Both the position numbers and the translations under genes were made by a program. Positions 40,931 through 53,653 of a stretch of DNA of 64,000 bases are shown one piece after another. Each line of letters opens with the position of its first letter. Position 1 is the stretch's first letter. Below the pieces are notes generated by a model, which made no database searches, was not told the DNA's origin, and saw only the letters and a list, made by a program, of their open reading frames with translations. Where the stretch lies: contig OX597814.1 of NCBI GenBank assembly GCA_951406725.2, forward strand, positions 107,756,001-107,820,000, read 5' to 3'. The DNA comes from Octopus vulgaris (taxonomy: Eukaryota).

Positions 40931-41615
40931 CTAGCAGTATAACCCGGCCTTGCATGGGATTAAGTTACAATTATTAAGCTTATCAAGTTCTTTATTTCAA
41001 ACCAAACTAAGTAATATAGACGTCAAATTTGGGCGAAATCCGTTGAAATTAGTTATATTATATATATATATTATATATATTATATATTTATAATATAATA
41101 TAAGTATATATAGGCAACATACACGAACACACATGCACACGTACGTACGTACACCTATTGCAAGTTTTGTGCACGCATACACGTTCATAAACAGAAACGA
41201 ATGGAAAAAATGTTGTTAAATTTCTAGATTAACACTCGCACAATTTTCACTAAAAAAAATCGTTTTTTTTTGCATGGAATCAACTACTCTGGCCTCAAAA
41301 CCCTTTTTGTGGTCTGTAAAACAGAGTGGAGTGTGGTGGAAGCCTCGCAAAAATTGTTACTCACTTCTTTGTTTCTTTGTTGTTAAATAAATGGATTGTC
41401 AACAAAACACTTTTTTACTCGGTGTAAAATAGAAACAAAACTCTTTCGCACCCAAAGTAATGTGTGTGAGAGAGAGAAGAGGTAGAAAGATGAATGATTT
41501 AAAATAAATATATTGTAATTGTTGTGTGAGAAAGTATATATACTATGATTATAAAATATAGTGTGTCTTTCAAAACAAAAAACAAAACATTTTACATTTT
41601 ATTTTTTATGAACGT

Positions 41616-41684
<69 letters not shown>

Positions 41685-42319
41685 TTGTCTTTCCTGTCTT
41701 TTCCTTTGGTTTCTGAATTACTACATTTAGCGATTTGAGTTTGGCTGCTCGTTTTAGTGAGTCGAATGGCCTATCAAGGCCATTCCTTAATATTATTTAG
41801 TGAGTCGAATGGCCTATCAAGGGCATTCCTTAATATTATTGTTGAATGTACATTATATAGTCTGTTGACTATATTTTCTTTCTAACCAGACCGCTGGTGG
41901 CGAAAAAATTTCTTTTGAATTTTTTGCTACCCTGATATTGATTAATTAATGATTTTTTGGCTAATTCTGAAATTAAATCAGCAGTTTATATTTGCTGCTG
42001 ATAAGTTGGCACGATGACGCTAGATTTTGAAAGTTTAGAGTATATATTCCCGAGGCATCGATGCTGTTGCCTCGTGAAATACATATTCCCCCTGGCTTCT
42101 TTGCCGATGAGACGGGCCAGTGGTAAATTGATTTAATTAAATTAAATTTAATTTAATTGAGCTGGTTTGCCAAAAATGTACGTCGAAACTATGCATAGTC
42201 CAAAGATGATAAGGGTAAATGTTTTTAATTTTCCTTTGGTTTCTGAATTACTACTATTTAGCGGTTTGAGTTTGGCTGCTCGTTTTAGTGAGTCGAATGG
42301 CCATTCCTTAATATTATTG

Positions 42320-42322
<3 letters not shown>
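40931..42322 (-). mobile_element. Helitron-like non-autonomous element with internal direct repeats
   Basis: Minus-strand end cccatgcaaggccggg-ttatactgCTAG|T; 41699-41795 repeated at 42229-42320; 5' end uncertain. Confidence 0.5.
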
Positions 42323-42362
<40 letters not shown>

Positions 42363-42807
42363 ATATACATATATATATATACATTTATATATATGTCAGC
42401 CGAAATTGCGAGGATGATCCGGTTCTTAACTGAAGATTAGAGGCTTTGAATGACCCATCCGTTCTTTGTGTCGTCTATTTGAATGTTTTGTGTTCTTGTC
42501 CCATTTTGTATTTTTTTATATATATTTTTTATACAAATATATATATAATTTCAGCAAAAATAATTAAGATTCAAATGAATTCAAATGAATTCAAATGAAT
42601 ATGGTACTTAACTTAGATGCACCAGAATTCTTTATGGTATTAACCATAAAATTATGTGGGGCGATTATAACCAAGAAAAAAGCAACAAGAATGGATCGGT
42701 AGATTAGTACAATTGTTTCATACTATAAACATTTTATTTCAAGCTGCAAATATTACAGCAAATATAATGTCAAGTATTCATGAACTAAATCTCATATAGG
42801 TTTTCCA

Positions 42808-44463
42808 ATTAAGTTCTTTAAAGATTTTAACCTTATCATAACTTATGAACCTGGCACTAAGATAGTCAATTTCCTGGATATTACCTTAGACCTTAACTCT
42901 AAGCTACATTACCCATTTAGAAAGGAAGGTGAAATCACTAGATACGTAAATAAATTTTCTAATCATCCCCCTAATATAATAAAATCTTTGGTTAGAAATA
43001 TTTCCCTAAGAATTTCCAAACTGTCATCTAATAATGATATATTTAACTCTCACTCTAAACATTATAATACAGCATTATCTAAAGCGGGATATAACCAGGA
43101 AATTACCTTTCTTGGTAAGGAGAGCTTGCATCTTCCTAAAAATGAAGAGAACGTTAACTACGTAAACAAGAATATAGATCGTGCCCAATATAAAAATAGA
43201 TTTATGGTGACGAAGAATCCAGTGTGCAAACCAAATCATAAGAATAAAAATGTTGACCAGAATATAAGTAACTTTGATAAAACTAATCTAGATAAATCTA
43301 AAAAACATACAAATAAAAGTAATACGAATAATAACTCTCGTGGGGGTAGTAATAATTCATTTAACCCTAAATCTAATTTAAGAAAATATAATAAAGAAAA
43401 TATCATCTGGTTAAATGTTCCTTTCAACTGGGCGATTTTATTGGATATATATGGCAAATTCAAATCTATACTAGAAAAAAATTTTCCAACCTCTCATAAA
43501 TGTCATAGAATAATTTCTAAGAGAACAGTTAGGATTTCTGACTCAATCCTCCCAAATATGTCCACAATAATAGCTAGAATTAATAATAAAAACATTAAGT
43601 CAGCCAGGAGTAATAAGACTAATATCAACATGAATACCAATAATAATTGTAATAATAGTATCATAAATAAAAATAAAAATGAGAGCAGCATCAACAGCAA
43701 TAATATAAATAATATTAATAGAAATAATAATAATGATAATATTATGGAAAATACAAATAAAAATAATATCGGGAATGAGGATAACAATTATATCTATAGC
43801 AGTAATAAGTATTCGGATATAAATACAAACAATAATAATAGCAATACCAATAATGTAGTTAATTGTGATATGGTTATGGTAGATCTAAACGATAGTGTAA
43901 ACGGATGGATAAATAGTAACCCAACTTCAGATAACAATATTACCTATAATAACGAAAATAATACTCGTAATAACTTGAATAGCAGCAATGTGAGAGGTCT
44001 GTCCTTAAATAATTATAAATCTGAAAATTATCCCCCTAGTTGCAATTGTAGGATTAAGTCAAAATGTCCGGCATCTGGTTGGTGTTCGGTCCATAATGTA
44101 ATCTATAAATGTACTATAACAACTTTGAATAGTAAATTTTTTTACCTGGGTTGTACTATAAATTTTAAACAGAGAATTAATAACCATATCTCATCTTTTC
44201 GGCTAGATCATAAAGCTGGTTGCACAACACTTTCTAGTAAAATTTGGGAACTCAAAACTAATAATATTAAATATAACCTAAAATGGGAAATAGTTAGAAA
44301 GGCAGTACCTTATAGAAATAATAGAGTGGGTTGTCAACTCTGTTCCATGGAGACATATGAGATTCTAATGCATAGAAAAAATAAAAATCTACTAAATAAC
44401 CGTATAGAGTTGGGTCCCTCTTGCATTCACTCAAAAATCAAAACTCTAAAATATCTCAAATAG
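42808..44463 (+). CDS. PLE RT C-terminus/thumb + Asn-rich linkers + GIY-YIG endonuclease (uninterrupted but 5'-truncated)
   Basis: VNFLDITLDL..SNHPPNIIKSL, CNCRIKSKCPASGWC, VIY..YLG..FKQRINNH, CQLCSME, LLNNRIEL..CIH. Confidence 0.85.
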   Translation: MKFFKDFNLIITYEPGTKIVNFLDITLDLNSKLHYPFRKEGEITRYVNKFSNHPPNIIKSLVRNISLRISKLSSNNDIFNSHSKHYNTALSKAGYNQEITFLGKESLHLPKNEENVNYVNKNIDRAQYKNRFMVTKNPVCKPNHKNKNVDQNISNFDKTNLDKSKKHTNKSNTNNNSRGGSNNSFNPKSNLRKYNKENIIWLNVPFNWAILLDIYGKFKSILEKNFPTSHKCHRIISKRTVRISDSILPNMSTIIARINNKNIKSARSNKTNINMNTNNNCNNSIINKNKNESSINSNNINNINRNNNNDNIMENTNKNNIGNEDNNYIYSSNKYSDINTNNNNSNTNNVVNCDMVMVDLNDSVNGWINSNPTSDNNITYNNENNTRNNLNSSNVRGLSLNNYKSENYPPSCNCRIKSKCPASGWCSVHNVIYKCTITTLNSKFFYLGCTINFKQRINNHISSFRLDHKAGCTTLSSKIWELKTNNIKYNLKWEIVRKAVPYRNNRVGCQLCSMETYEILMHRKNKNLLNNRIELGPSCIHSKIKTLKYLK

Positions 44464-45390
44464 AAATTTGCAAGTTCTCCTACTGTTGTTCTTTCTAACT
44501 TGCATCTTTTAAAATAAATAAATAAATAGTATTTGTACTATGCTAATTTTTAATTGACTTTATAGTCAATTTAATTAACCTTACTTAAATCATATAAACT
44601 GCTAATCTTTCCTAATTCTATTCTAAATTTAACATGTAATACTATTCTCTTAGTGATACATTTGATTTTCACTATGAATTTTGAATAAGTAAGATTCCTC
44701 TACCATTTGCTATTGAATTTATTTAACCTCAAGATGTTGACCTAAATTCCTTCTTACCATATATAAACATAAGTTAAAATAGAAACAATAATAAATAAAT
44801 AACCTTCTATTCTAGTGTTAACCTTAATTTTATTACTGTATCTCCCTCTACTGATAACCTATGACCCCCTTTAGTGCTTTCCTTTGATCTTCCTGTATTC
44901 TCAATCCCACCATTAATTCTATGAGTTTCTCAGTTCAAAGCTAGTGGTGGTCAAACTTACAGTTCTTTTATGAATTTAAGATTCCTTCTACACTGACCTA
45001 GATTTTCTGTCACCATAGATATAAACTGACCTTTGTCTGTGGTATCTTTATTCCTTCTTACATCCCCATTTCTTTTCTCTTGATGTCTTTTGCTTTAGCT
45101 AAACCTACCTCACTGTCTTTCTTGCTACTATAGAATTTAGTCTGCAACAGTTAGATGCGAACTTAACCGTGGTATGACCAACATCTTTCCTCATGCCTCT
45201 TGGAACTTATACCCACATTTTTATGAGTAGATTTATCTTCTCTGGGATATCAATAATCAATTTTAAAAACTTTGTATTGTTGGAAAACATATATAGTCTG
45301 CTTGGAATCTTACTTCAGATTCATGGAACTCACTGCTATAACTTCATAAGGATATTTACACTCTCTAAGATATTTGGAAAACCTATATGT

Positions 45391-45480
45391 GATTTATCTG
45401 ATGAATACTTGACATTATATTTGCTGTAATATTTGCAGTTTGAAATAAAATGTTTATAGTATGAAACAATTGTACTAATC
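45391..45480 (+). ncRNA. Type-I hammerhead with extended stem II (decayed mirror copy on minus strand at 42702-42791)
   Basis: CTGATGA-atact...agtat-GAAA-caattg-TA-ctaatc; the mirror copy supplies the stem-I strand ttag. Confidence 0.75.
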
Positions 45481-45530
45481 TACCGATCCATTCTTGTTGC
45501 TTTTTTTCTTGGTTATATATATATATACAC

Positions 45531-45623
<93 letters not shown>

Positions 45624-45639
45624 CATTTTTATATATATA

Positions 45640-46275
45640 TTAGAAGAAATAAGGTACTCAGAAATCTGGATGGTTTTATATTTACAGATTTTTATTAATA
45701 TGTCACATCATATATTAGTGCTTGCGTCCACTCTAGTGGAGTTGTCAGATTGAAATTTTTCAAGAATTTTGTCTTTTTTTATAGTATTATTGAGTGTGTA
45801 GAGGTGGAGAGAGATATAAGATAGTACAAGAGGGTGAGGAATGGGGAGAAAGTGAGAGAGAGTGTGCGTGTGTGTGTATGTGCGCATGTGTGTGGGTGTC
45901 TGTGTATCTGAAAGGAGTGCCAATGGAAAAGAGAAGGAAAGAAAGAAGGAAGGAAGAGAGAAAGAAGAAAAAATGTGTTGATATCTTTGCAGCTGGTCAC
46001 TTCTTTCAATAGAAAATGAGTCTTGGCTTTTAGAAATAGCAAACCCAGGTGGCCACTCCAAGGACGGTAACTGTTATTTTTCAAAATACTGTCTGGATTT
46101 CTTTTTATCATTTTCTTATGAGAGTGTGTGTGTGGGTGTCTGTGTATCTGAAAGGAGTGTCAATAGAAAAGAGAAGGAAAGAAAGAAGGAAGAGGGAAAG
46201 AAGAAAAAATATGTGTTGACATCTTTGCAGCAGGTTAGTTCTTTCAATAGAAAATGATTCTTGGCTTTTAGAAAT
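45640..46275 (-). repeat. pLTR-like repeat homologous to ~37030-37480, with local duplication (46123-46275)
   Basis: Direct comparison; decayed hammerhead at 45713-45752. Confidence 0.7.
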
Positions 46276-47203
46276 GAAGCCAGTATGATGGATGTGTAAT
46301 GTCAGTGCGCATACTTGACAGAGTGTAAGTACCTTGAGAGAAAAGTCGGACCTAAGAAGCATCAGATGTGGTGTGCAAGAGAGACGACTGCGCTGGAATT
46401 GCCATGTGGCGAGAATGGATATGGACAGCTGTGTGAAAAAGTGTCACACCCTAGTGATTGAGGGAACCTGTGAAAGAGGTAGACCCAGGAAGACCTGGGA
46501 TGAGGTGGTGAAGCATGACCTTCAAACATTGGGCCTCACCCAAGCAATGACTAGTGACCAGGACCTCTGGAAATATGCTGTGCTTGAGAAGACTCGGCAA
46601 GCACAAGTGAGACCATAACCTTGTGGCCTATGCCAGGGGTGTAACCAACCCACTTATGCGTACCTTTTCTTCATTGGACACTAAACTCTGCTTGCGAAGA
46701 CCTGTTGAGACATGTGAAATCGAAATCGAAATCGAAATCAAATTCGATGACTGGCATCCGTGCTAGTGGAGAGTTAAGAACACCATCCGAGCGTAATCGT
46801 TGCCAGAGTAACAAGCTGGCCTCCGTGCTGGTGGCACGTAAAAAACACCATTCAATCGTGATCGTTACCTGCATCGCCTTACTGGCACTTGTGCTGGTGG
46901 CACGTGAAAGACATCTGAGCGAGGTCGTTTCCAGTGCCGCTGGACTGGCTCCTGTGCAGGTGGAACATAAAAAACACCATTTGAGTGTGGCCGTTGTCAG
47001 TACCGCCTGACTGACCCTCATGCCGGTGGCATGTAAAAGCACCCACTACATTTTCGGAGTGGTTGGCATTAGGAAGGGCATCCAGCTGTAGAAACTCTGC
47101 CAGATCAGATTGAAGCCTGTTGCAGCCATCTGGTTCGCTAGACCTCAGTCAAATCGTCCAACCCATGCTAGCATGGAAAGTGGACGTTAAACGATGATGA
47201 TGA
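46275..47203 (+). mobile_element. RTE-clade LINE 3' fragment
   Basis: RRLRWNCHVARM..EGTCERGRPRKTWDEVVKHDL; long 3' UTR; (GAT)n tail. Confidence 0.9.
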
Positions 47204-47234
47204 AGATATATATATATATATATATACATATGTT

Positions 47235-48350
47235 TCGAAGAAAGGATTGGGATTATTCCGGAGAGAATAAAAATGATGTAAACGCAACAATACTGGCCTC
47301 AGTAAATTAATTTGGTCTCTAAAGGAACATAATATACAATACGTTTTGGAATGGAAAATTTTTATCTAGATCTTTCCCATATGACAAAGGTAGATCTTTT
47401 TCTCCGCTTGGTAACAAAGAGCTATTTTTCATCCTTTTCTTGAAGATTACTTTTGTAAATGCATTTAAAGAATACGTTTATCATCTCATCAGGGGGGAAA
47501 AAGGAAAAAACACATCAATAAGCCATTTTAACCGAATCTGTTTGCCATATATGTAAGTATATGATGTAAGGAGAACGCTAGCAAGTTATTATTTTTAAAA
47601 AATCATTAATAGATTTAACAACAAAAGTAAATTAGAGAAAGAGAAGGAGGTGAAAGAAGAAATTAACATTAAATTAAAAGTGGAGAAATATAGTGTGATA
47701 GATGAATGGGAATAAAGTTTAAAAGCATGGAAATAGATATATGTAGTGGAAATGAAATGTAAGAAGACAGTTAAAGGTCGAATTTTATAGATTGGTAGAA
47801 ATTACTTATAGGAACTAAAGGTATGTTTTTGCCAATGTTTACAACGATAAACGTATTCTTTAAATGCATTTACAAAAGTAATCTTCAAGAAAAGGATGAA
47901 AAATAGCTCTTCGTTACCAAGCGGAGAAAAAGATCTACCTTTGTCATATGGGAAAGATCTAGATAAAAATTTTCCATTCCAAAACGTATTGTATATTATG
48001 TTCCTTTAGAGACCAAATTAATTTACTGAGGCCAGTATTGTTGAGTTTATTGATATATCTAAATGTAAAATAATGGTTAGATATTCTTTTCGACAACTGG
48101 GACGAAGTGCTACCTATATATAAAAAGACATCAGAATCGGAAGTAATTTTACATTGATAAACAGTTTCAAGTCTTAGAATTATTGCTAAGGAAACGAATT
48201 CGATTCCAATTCATATCAGAAATATCAGTATTGTTTTTATTGTTGCTCGAAGAATGGTTAGTGTTAAGAATATCACTGTTATTATTTTCATTAAGTGGGT
48301 TTGTATTTAATAACTTATGGTTATGTGAAGAAATGATTTGTGAAAGGTTT
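47235..48350 (-). mobile_element. Decayed Hydra-like PLE endonuclease region with a ~200-bp inverted duplicate
   Basis: Minus strand TVYQCKIT..LYIGSTSSQLSKRISNH..LSKLIWSLKE..YRCKHWQK; 47285-47483 is the reverse complement of 47846-48043. Confidence 0.8.
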
Positions 48351-48830
48351 TTGAAAAACCTATCCCAATTTGGTGTGAATGTGTGTGTGTGTGTGTGTGT
48401 GTGTAATTCGTCCTTAGTTGAAAGACACCTGTTGTTAATGCCTTTATTTACATTTGTACTAGTGTACTGTTTCTCCGTTTTCTCTGTCCCTGTTTTCATA
48501 TACATTCGCTGCTTTCTTCCAAGGAATCTAGTGCTCTTAGCTTAGTTTTTCCTTGGGGCTGGCCAGATTGGAGCAGTCTCAAGTATAACCAGTCAAAACT
48601 GCAAAGATAATCTAGAACTCGACTGAAGAAAGAAAACTCTGAATGACCCGTCCTTGTTGCTTTGTATCATCTGTCTGGATGTTTTGTTGTCCTTTTTTTG
48701 GTATTCCTCTTTATATAAATATAGTGGTCTTATTTTTTTTATTTCCAAGGTGCATTTTCGCTTATTTTTCTTCTTACTTTCCCCTTACATTTCCATATGT
48801 AGTTTCCATTTTCTTTTTGTAACATATTTC

Positions 48831-48893
<63 letters not shown>

Positions 48894-48899
48894 CATACA

Positions 48900-49240
48900 C
48901 ATGCATATATGGGTACAGGACATCACTAACGGTTCAAACAACATGAAATACACAAACAAATGGGTTAAATACATAAACAACGAGAAAAAATGGAAAACAG
49001 GACAAGTAAGCACAGAGAAACAACCCTTCATCAGTTGTCGGCTATCTATCTACTCCTCATTTCAAGCATTCAATAACAATATGAGTCTTCAAAGACAGTT
49101 GCTCCCATAAATTTTTTAATAAAATTTTGGATTTATGGAAGGTCAAAGTTGGGAACAAAAACATGACAGTGGAGACATACAAGGAGACCGGATGAAAACA
49201 AACATGGAGGGTCGCTAGACCAGAACGAGAGGAAAGTAAT
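48900..49240. repeat. Dispersed repeat homologous to 61985-62310 (probable PLE UTR/pLTR)
   Basis: Shared ccttcatcagttgtcggct..tctatctact..catttc..gcattcaat. Confidence 0.7.
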
Positions 49241-50107
49241 TACATCTACAATTTCCATTCAAGCAATATAAAAGTAGGAAAAGAATACAGGAGTCGTGAG
49301 AAAAGAAGGCTGTTTTAAGTGTGAATTCACACCGTAATGGGAAACAATGAGCCGAAAATTATTTATTTTTCCAGTGAGCACCTTCATCCAGCTGAAGTAG
49401 ATTTGTTAAATGCTAGAAAAACAGTTGCAGAAACAAAGCATGAAGCAGTGGAAAACAGAGCAGCAAGTTTGTGCAGAATAATAATGGCTAAGTTTACGCA
49501 GCTAACAGAAAATACTTGCTCTCAACTTCCTCGTTTGCCTGTACTTTCAAGGATTATTCAAAGGTGTCAACAAAAAAAATCTGGATTTCCTGCTAATCCA
49601 GAGGGTAGAACTGGCTTTGAAATACTTGAAGAATATTGTAAACTCGATAATGGTGAACAGTTTCTGAGATACGATTCGGATGAACAGCGCATACAAGTAT
49701 TTGTATCAGAAAGTGCTCATCAGGATATAGCATCATATTGTCTTTGGGCATGTGATGGAACGTCCAAAATTTTGCCAGAACAGTGGTTTCAACTGTTTAG
49801 CATTCATGTACAAGTTAAAGGTAGCAGTTTTCCACAGGTCTTTGCATTACTGCCAAATAAAACAAATATTTTCAAGCAACTGAAAATTATGCAACCTAAT
49901 GCATATCCGTTTGATCTCATGGCAGATTTTGAAGTTGCAGTTCATAAGGTATTTAATTCATTGGTCCCTAATCCATCCATCACGGCATGTTTGTTTCATT
50001 TGAGCCAATCAGTGTTTCGAAAAATTACAGATTAAGGGCTCAAAGAAAAATACAATAAAGACTCTGAATTCTGTCTTAAAATTCGATGTTTCTTAGCATT
50101 AGCCTTC

Positions 50108-50811
50108 TGTGGGATGATGTCAGCAGCTGGGGAGCAGACCAGAACTTGGGGCTGACCGGAAGAGGAAGGGGCAGGAGTGACGCACGCACAGGCAAGGGAG
50201 TATTGGGCCTTTTCGATCAGGTTAGCCAACAGAGCTGGACGTGTGAGCGCTTCATCAAGGTAAGGGAAAAGCAGCTGCTATTTTTAGCGTTCGGATCGGG
50301 CCACGTTGAAGGGTGCATTACCACCAGAGAGGTCTGCGTCGACGAAGAGAAGAAGACATGTCTTGGACCTTCGCAGGATTGTCGCTTCGTCGGATGACGA
50401 TTGTGGGGAGGAGGAGAATGAGGCGCCTAGCTTGAGAAGATTTCAATGCGCAAGGCGCCCTCCCAGCTGGATGGTGGACTTCAACATGGAGTAGAGAGAA
50501 TGTGATCTTTAAGATCAGGGTGGCATGTGGGATGACGTCAGCAGCTGGGAAGCTGACTGGAACTTGGGGCTGACCAGAAGAGGAAGGGGCAGGAGTGATG
50601 CACATGCAGGCAGGGGAGCATTGGGCCTTTTCAATCGGGGTAGCTGACAGAGCTGGTGGACATGTGAGCGCATTGTCAAGGTAAGGGAAAAGCAGCTACT
50701 ACTTTTAGCGTTTGGGTCGGGCTACGTGAAAGGGTGTGTTACCACCGGAGAGGTCTGCATCGACGAAGAGAAGGTAGGCGTCTTTATTTTAAATCTCCTG
50801 CATACACCACA
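50108..50811 (+). mobile_element. Miniature (internally deleted) LTR retrotransposon, TRIM-like
   Basis: TGTGG..CCACA ends, 5-bp TSD ccttc (50103-50107 / 50812-50816), direct repeats 50108-50352 and 50526-50811, integrase-tail peptide LRRFQCARRPPSWMVDF, purine-rich tract before the 3' LTR. Confidence 0.88.
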
Positions 50812-51253
50812 CCTTCCTACCTGTTGAAGATGTTGAAGAGGTCTATGAAGAATTAAAAGTCGATGAAGAAGTACCTGCTGAATTCATCGTTTACTTGCAT
50901 AGGATTTGTGAGAGGACGTAGTGCTAGACGAAGGAGAGAACCACCTGCATTTCCGATAGCTGTATGAAATGTTAATCAGCGTATTCTTCAAGATCTTCTC
51001 AGAACAAATAATGCTGAGGAGGAGCTTCATTCTATGATAAAGCATTCAGCAGGTGAAACACATTTGAATATTTGGAAATTAATCAAAACTCTGAAGGAGA
51101 TAGATCAAATTCATGAACATGACATCGAAAAATAACTGAACACCTCAAAAGATTGGTCATTGAAAATGGGTCAACAAGAAAAATTGGTTTTTTAAAGAGT
51201 GTGGCATATAATTTGCATCAATTTTAAATGATCATAATAAATCATTATTTATA

Positions 51254-51578
51254 TTCTCTTTACTCTTTTACTTGTTTCACTCATTTGACTGCAGCCATGC
51301 TAGAGCACTGCCTTTAGTCGAGTAAATCGACGACAGGACTTATTCTTTGTCAAGCTAGGGGGACAAACATAGGCACACAAATATACACACACGTACTCAT
51401 ATATATACATATATTCAACAGGCTTCTTTCAGTTTCCGTCTACCAAATCCACTCACAAGGTTTTGGTCGGCCCAGAGCTATAGTAGAAGACACTTGCCCA
51501 ATATGCTACGCATTGGGACTGAACTGAGAACCATGTGGTTGGTAAGCAAGCTTCTTACCATACAGCCACTCCTGTGCT
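51254..51578 (-). mobile_element. SINE family A with internal deletion
   Basis: Similarity to 10976-11378. Confidence 0.82.
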
Positions 51579-52177
51579 TATATGTTATTACTTTTTGAAA
51601 ATGACTTTTTTTAAATGAATTTTCCCACAGTATTTTACTTAAATCATGTCAATGAAATTATCAATGATTATTTGATTTTCATGTTCACCTTGTTTTCTAA
51701 AGAGTTTATTTAAAATTGGACATAAAAGTCATTGGAGAAAAAAACCATCTGACGTCGGACCAAAAAACGTGGACAAAGTGACATCGGACGAAATGTCGGG
51801 TCACGTGTATATCCAAGTGTGTGTGTTATTGCGCCTGTGTTTGCCCCCCACCCACCATCACTGCTTGACAACCGGTGTTGATGTGTTTACGTCCCATAAC
51901 TTAGCAGGCTTTAACAAGCATAAGTACTGAGGTCGATTCATTCGACTAAAAATTCAAGGTGGTGCCCCAGCATGGTGGCAGTCTAATGCCTGAAACAAGT
52001 ACAAGATAATATATATATATATTTACACACACACACACACACACACACATCTATTTATACGCATATATATACATACATATATAAATATATACATAGACAC
52101 ATATCTATCTATCTGTCTATCGATCTATCTATCTATTTATCTCTCTCTCTATCTATCTATCTATCGATATCTATCAG

Positions 52178-52280
<103 letters not shown>

Positions 52281-52469
52281 GTCTATCTATCTATCTATCG
52301 AGATAAATAGATTCTTTCAAACATTTCTTTCATTATCTCTATATAATGAAAAAAAAGTGGAGTATTTTTCATGGCTGTAAACAGTGAGGGAAGGCAGAAA
52401 AAATGGCGGGAAAATGTTTCCATCACTCTTCGTTTTTCATTCAAGGCTGTTATTGTCGTCGCTATATTT

Positions 52470-52583
52470 GTTGCTGCAGTTGTTGTTGTTGTGGTTGTTG
52501 TTGTTGCAGTTGTTGTTGTTGTGGTTGTTGTTGTTGCAGTTGTTGTTGTTGTGGTTGTTGTTGTTGTGGTTGTTGTTGCTGTT

Positions 52584-52617
<34 letters not shown>

Positions 52618-52700
52618 CTGCTCAAATGGCATTTGCTGCTGATTGTGTTGTTGTTGCAACTGTAGCTGTTGTTTCTTCTATTTTTTGTTGTTGTTGCTGC
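52470..52700. repeat. (GTT)n/(GCT)n microsatellite with 24-bp higher-order periodicity
   Basis: gttgcagttgttgttgttgtggtt unit repeated about three times. Confidence 0.9.
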
Positions 52701-52774
52701 TATTAAACTATCTGCTGTTGCTCTTAGCTTTCATGTTGCTGTAGGCATCGTTCTTATCGTCATTACTGTTGCTA

Positions 52775-53148
52775 CGTGGAAGCGCAATGGCCCAGTGGTT
52801 AGAGTAGCGGACTCGCGGTCGTAGGATCGCGGTTTCGATTCCCAGGCCGGGCGTTGTGAGTGTTTGTTAGCCAAAAGACCTAAAGTTCCATGTGGCTCCA
52901 GCAGGGTGGGGGTGACAAACCCTGCTATACTCTTTCACCACAACTTCCTCCCTCTTTCTTCCTGTTTCTGTTGCACCTGTATTTCAACGGGGCCAGCCTG
53001 TGTCACACTGAATCTCCCCGAGAACTACGTTAAGGGTACACGTGTCTGTGGAGTACTCAGCCACTTGCACGTTAATTTCACGATCAGGCTGCTCCGTTGA
53101 TCAGATCCACTGGAACCCTCATCGTCGCAACCGACGGAGTGCCACGTC
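52775..53148 (+). mobile_element. tRNA-derived SINE family D, full length, 10-bp TSD
   Basis: tggcccagtggttagag A box, ggtttcgattccc B box; TSD actgttgcta at 52765-52774 and 53149-53158. Confidence 0.88.
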
Positions 53149-53615
53149 ACTGTTGCTATTCTTGTTGTTGTTGTCATTTTTGTTGAAGTTACTTTTCTTA
53201 TATCTTTGCATATTTTAAACCTGTCCCCTAAACCACTTCTAGCCACATCCCCTAATTCTCATATATATCCCCTAACGTAGTTATGAATGACATCTAGGGC
53301 TGTAGCTATCGTTTGAACCATATCTTACTCTATATAACAAGACCCCCTAATTACGTATTCTTATTATAATAGTCCATTAAATCTTCATCTCATAAATGGC
53401 GAAATATTCGATAGTCCAGCGTTTGGCTTCCAGGCTCAAAGGCTATCATTTATTTATCATACCCTATTTACTGCGTTTTTGCTTGATATCATATTTTGGT
53501 TTATTATTCTATGTTATATTATATATCGCTATAAAAACTGTGTGTAAGTGTAGATGGCTACATGAATGCACGTATGGGGGCGTCTGTATGTATAAGCACG
53601 TGTATGTGCGTACGT

Positions 53616-53653
<38 letters not shown>

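Larger units (their letters stand above)
42548..45516 (+). mobile_element. Penelope-like element (Hydra-like clade), 5'-truncated with inverted 5' pLTR, in (TA)n
   Basis: 42666-42808 is the reverse complement of 45374-45516; ORF between them; hammerhead in both pLTR copies. Confidence 0.9.
49290..51805 (+). mobile_element. MULE/Mutator-like DNA transposon, decayed, interrupted by an LTR element and a SINE
   Basis: WACDGT..FQLFSIH, MADFE, ACLFHLSQ (CxxH); after the insertion LPVEDVEE and RTNNAEE; possible terminal repeat cggacgaaatgtcgggtcacg at ~51785-51805. Confidence 0.85.

Noticed and set aside
46745-47040. CRISPR-like spaced repeats (gtgctggtggcacgt units; also 37730-38090)
   Set aside because: Degenerate tandem units inside an RTE 3' UTR in eukaryotic DNA; no unique spacers and no cas genes.
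52371-52706. Poly-Q/poly-C/poly-V ORFs as a host exon
   Set aside because: A (GTT)n-type repeat open in several frames, with no convincing splice or coding context.
52775-52850. tRNA gene (also 57330, 25751, 10976)
   Set aside because: The A/B boxes run into SINE bodies with TSDs and no proper acceptor stem is evident; these are SINE heads.
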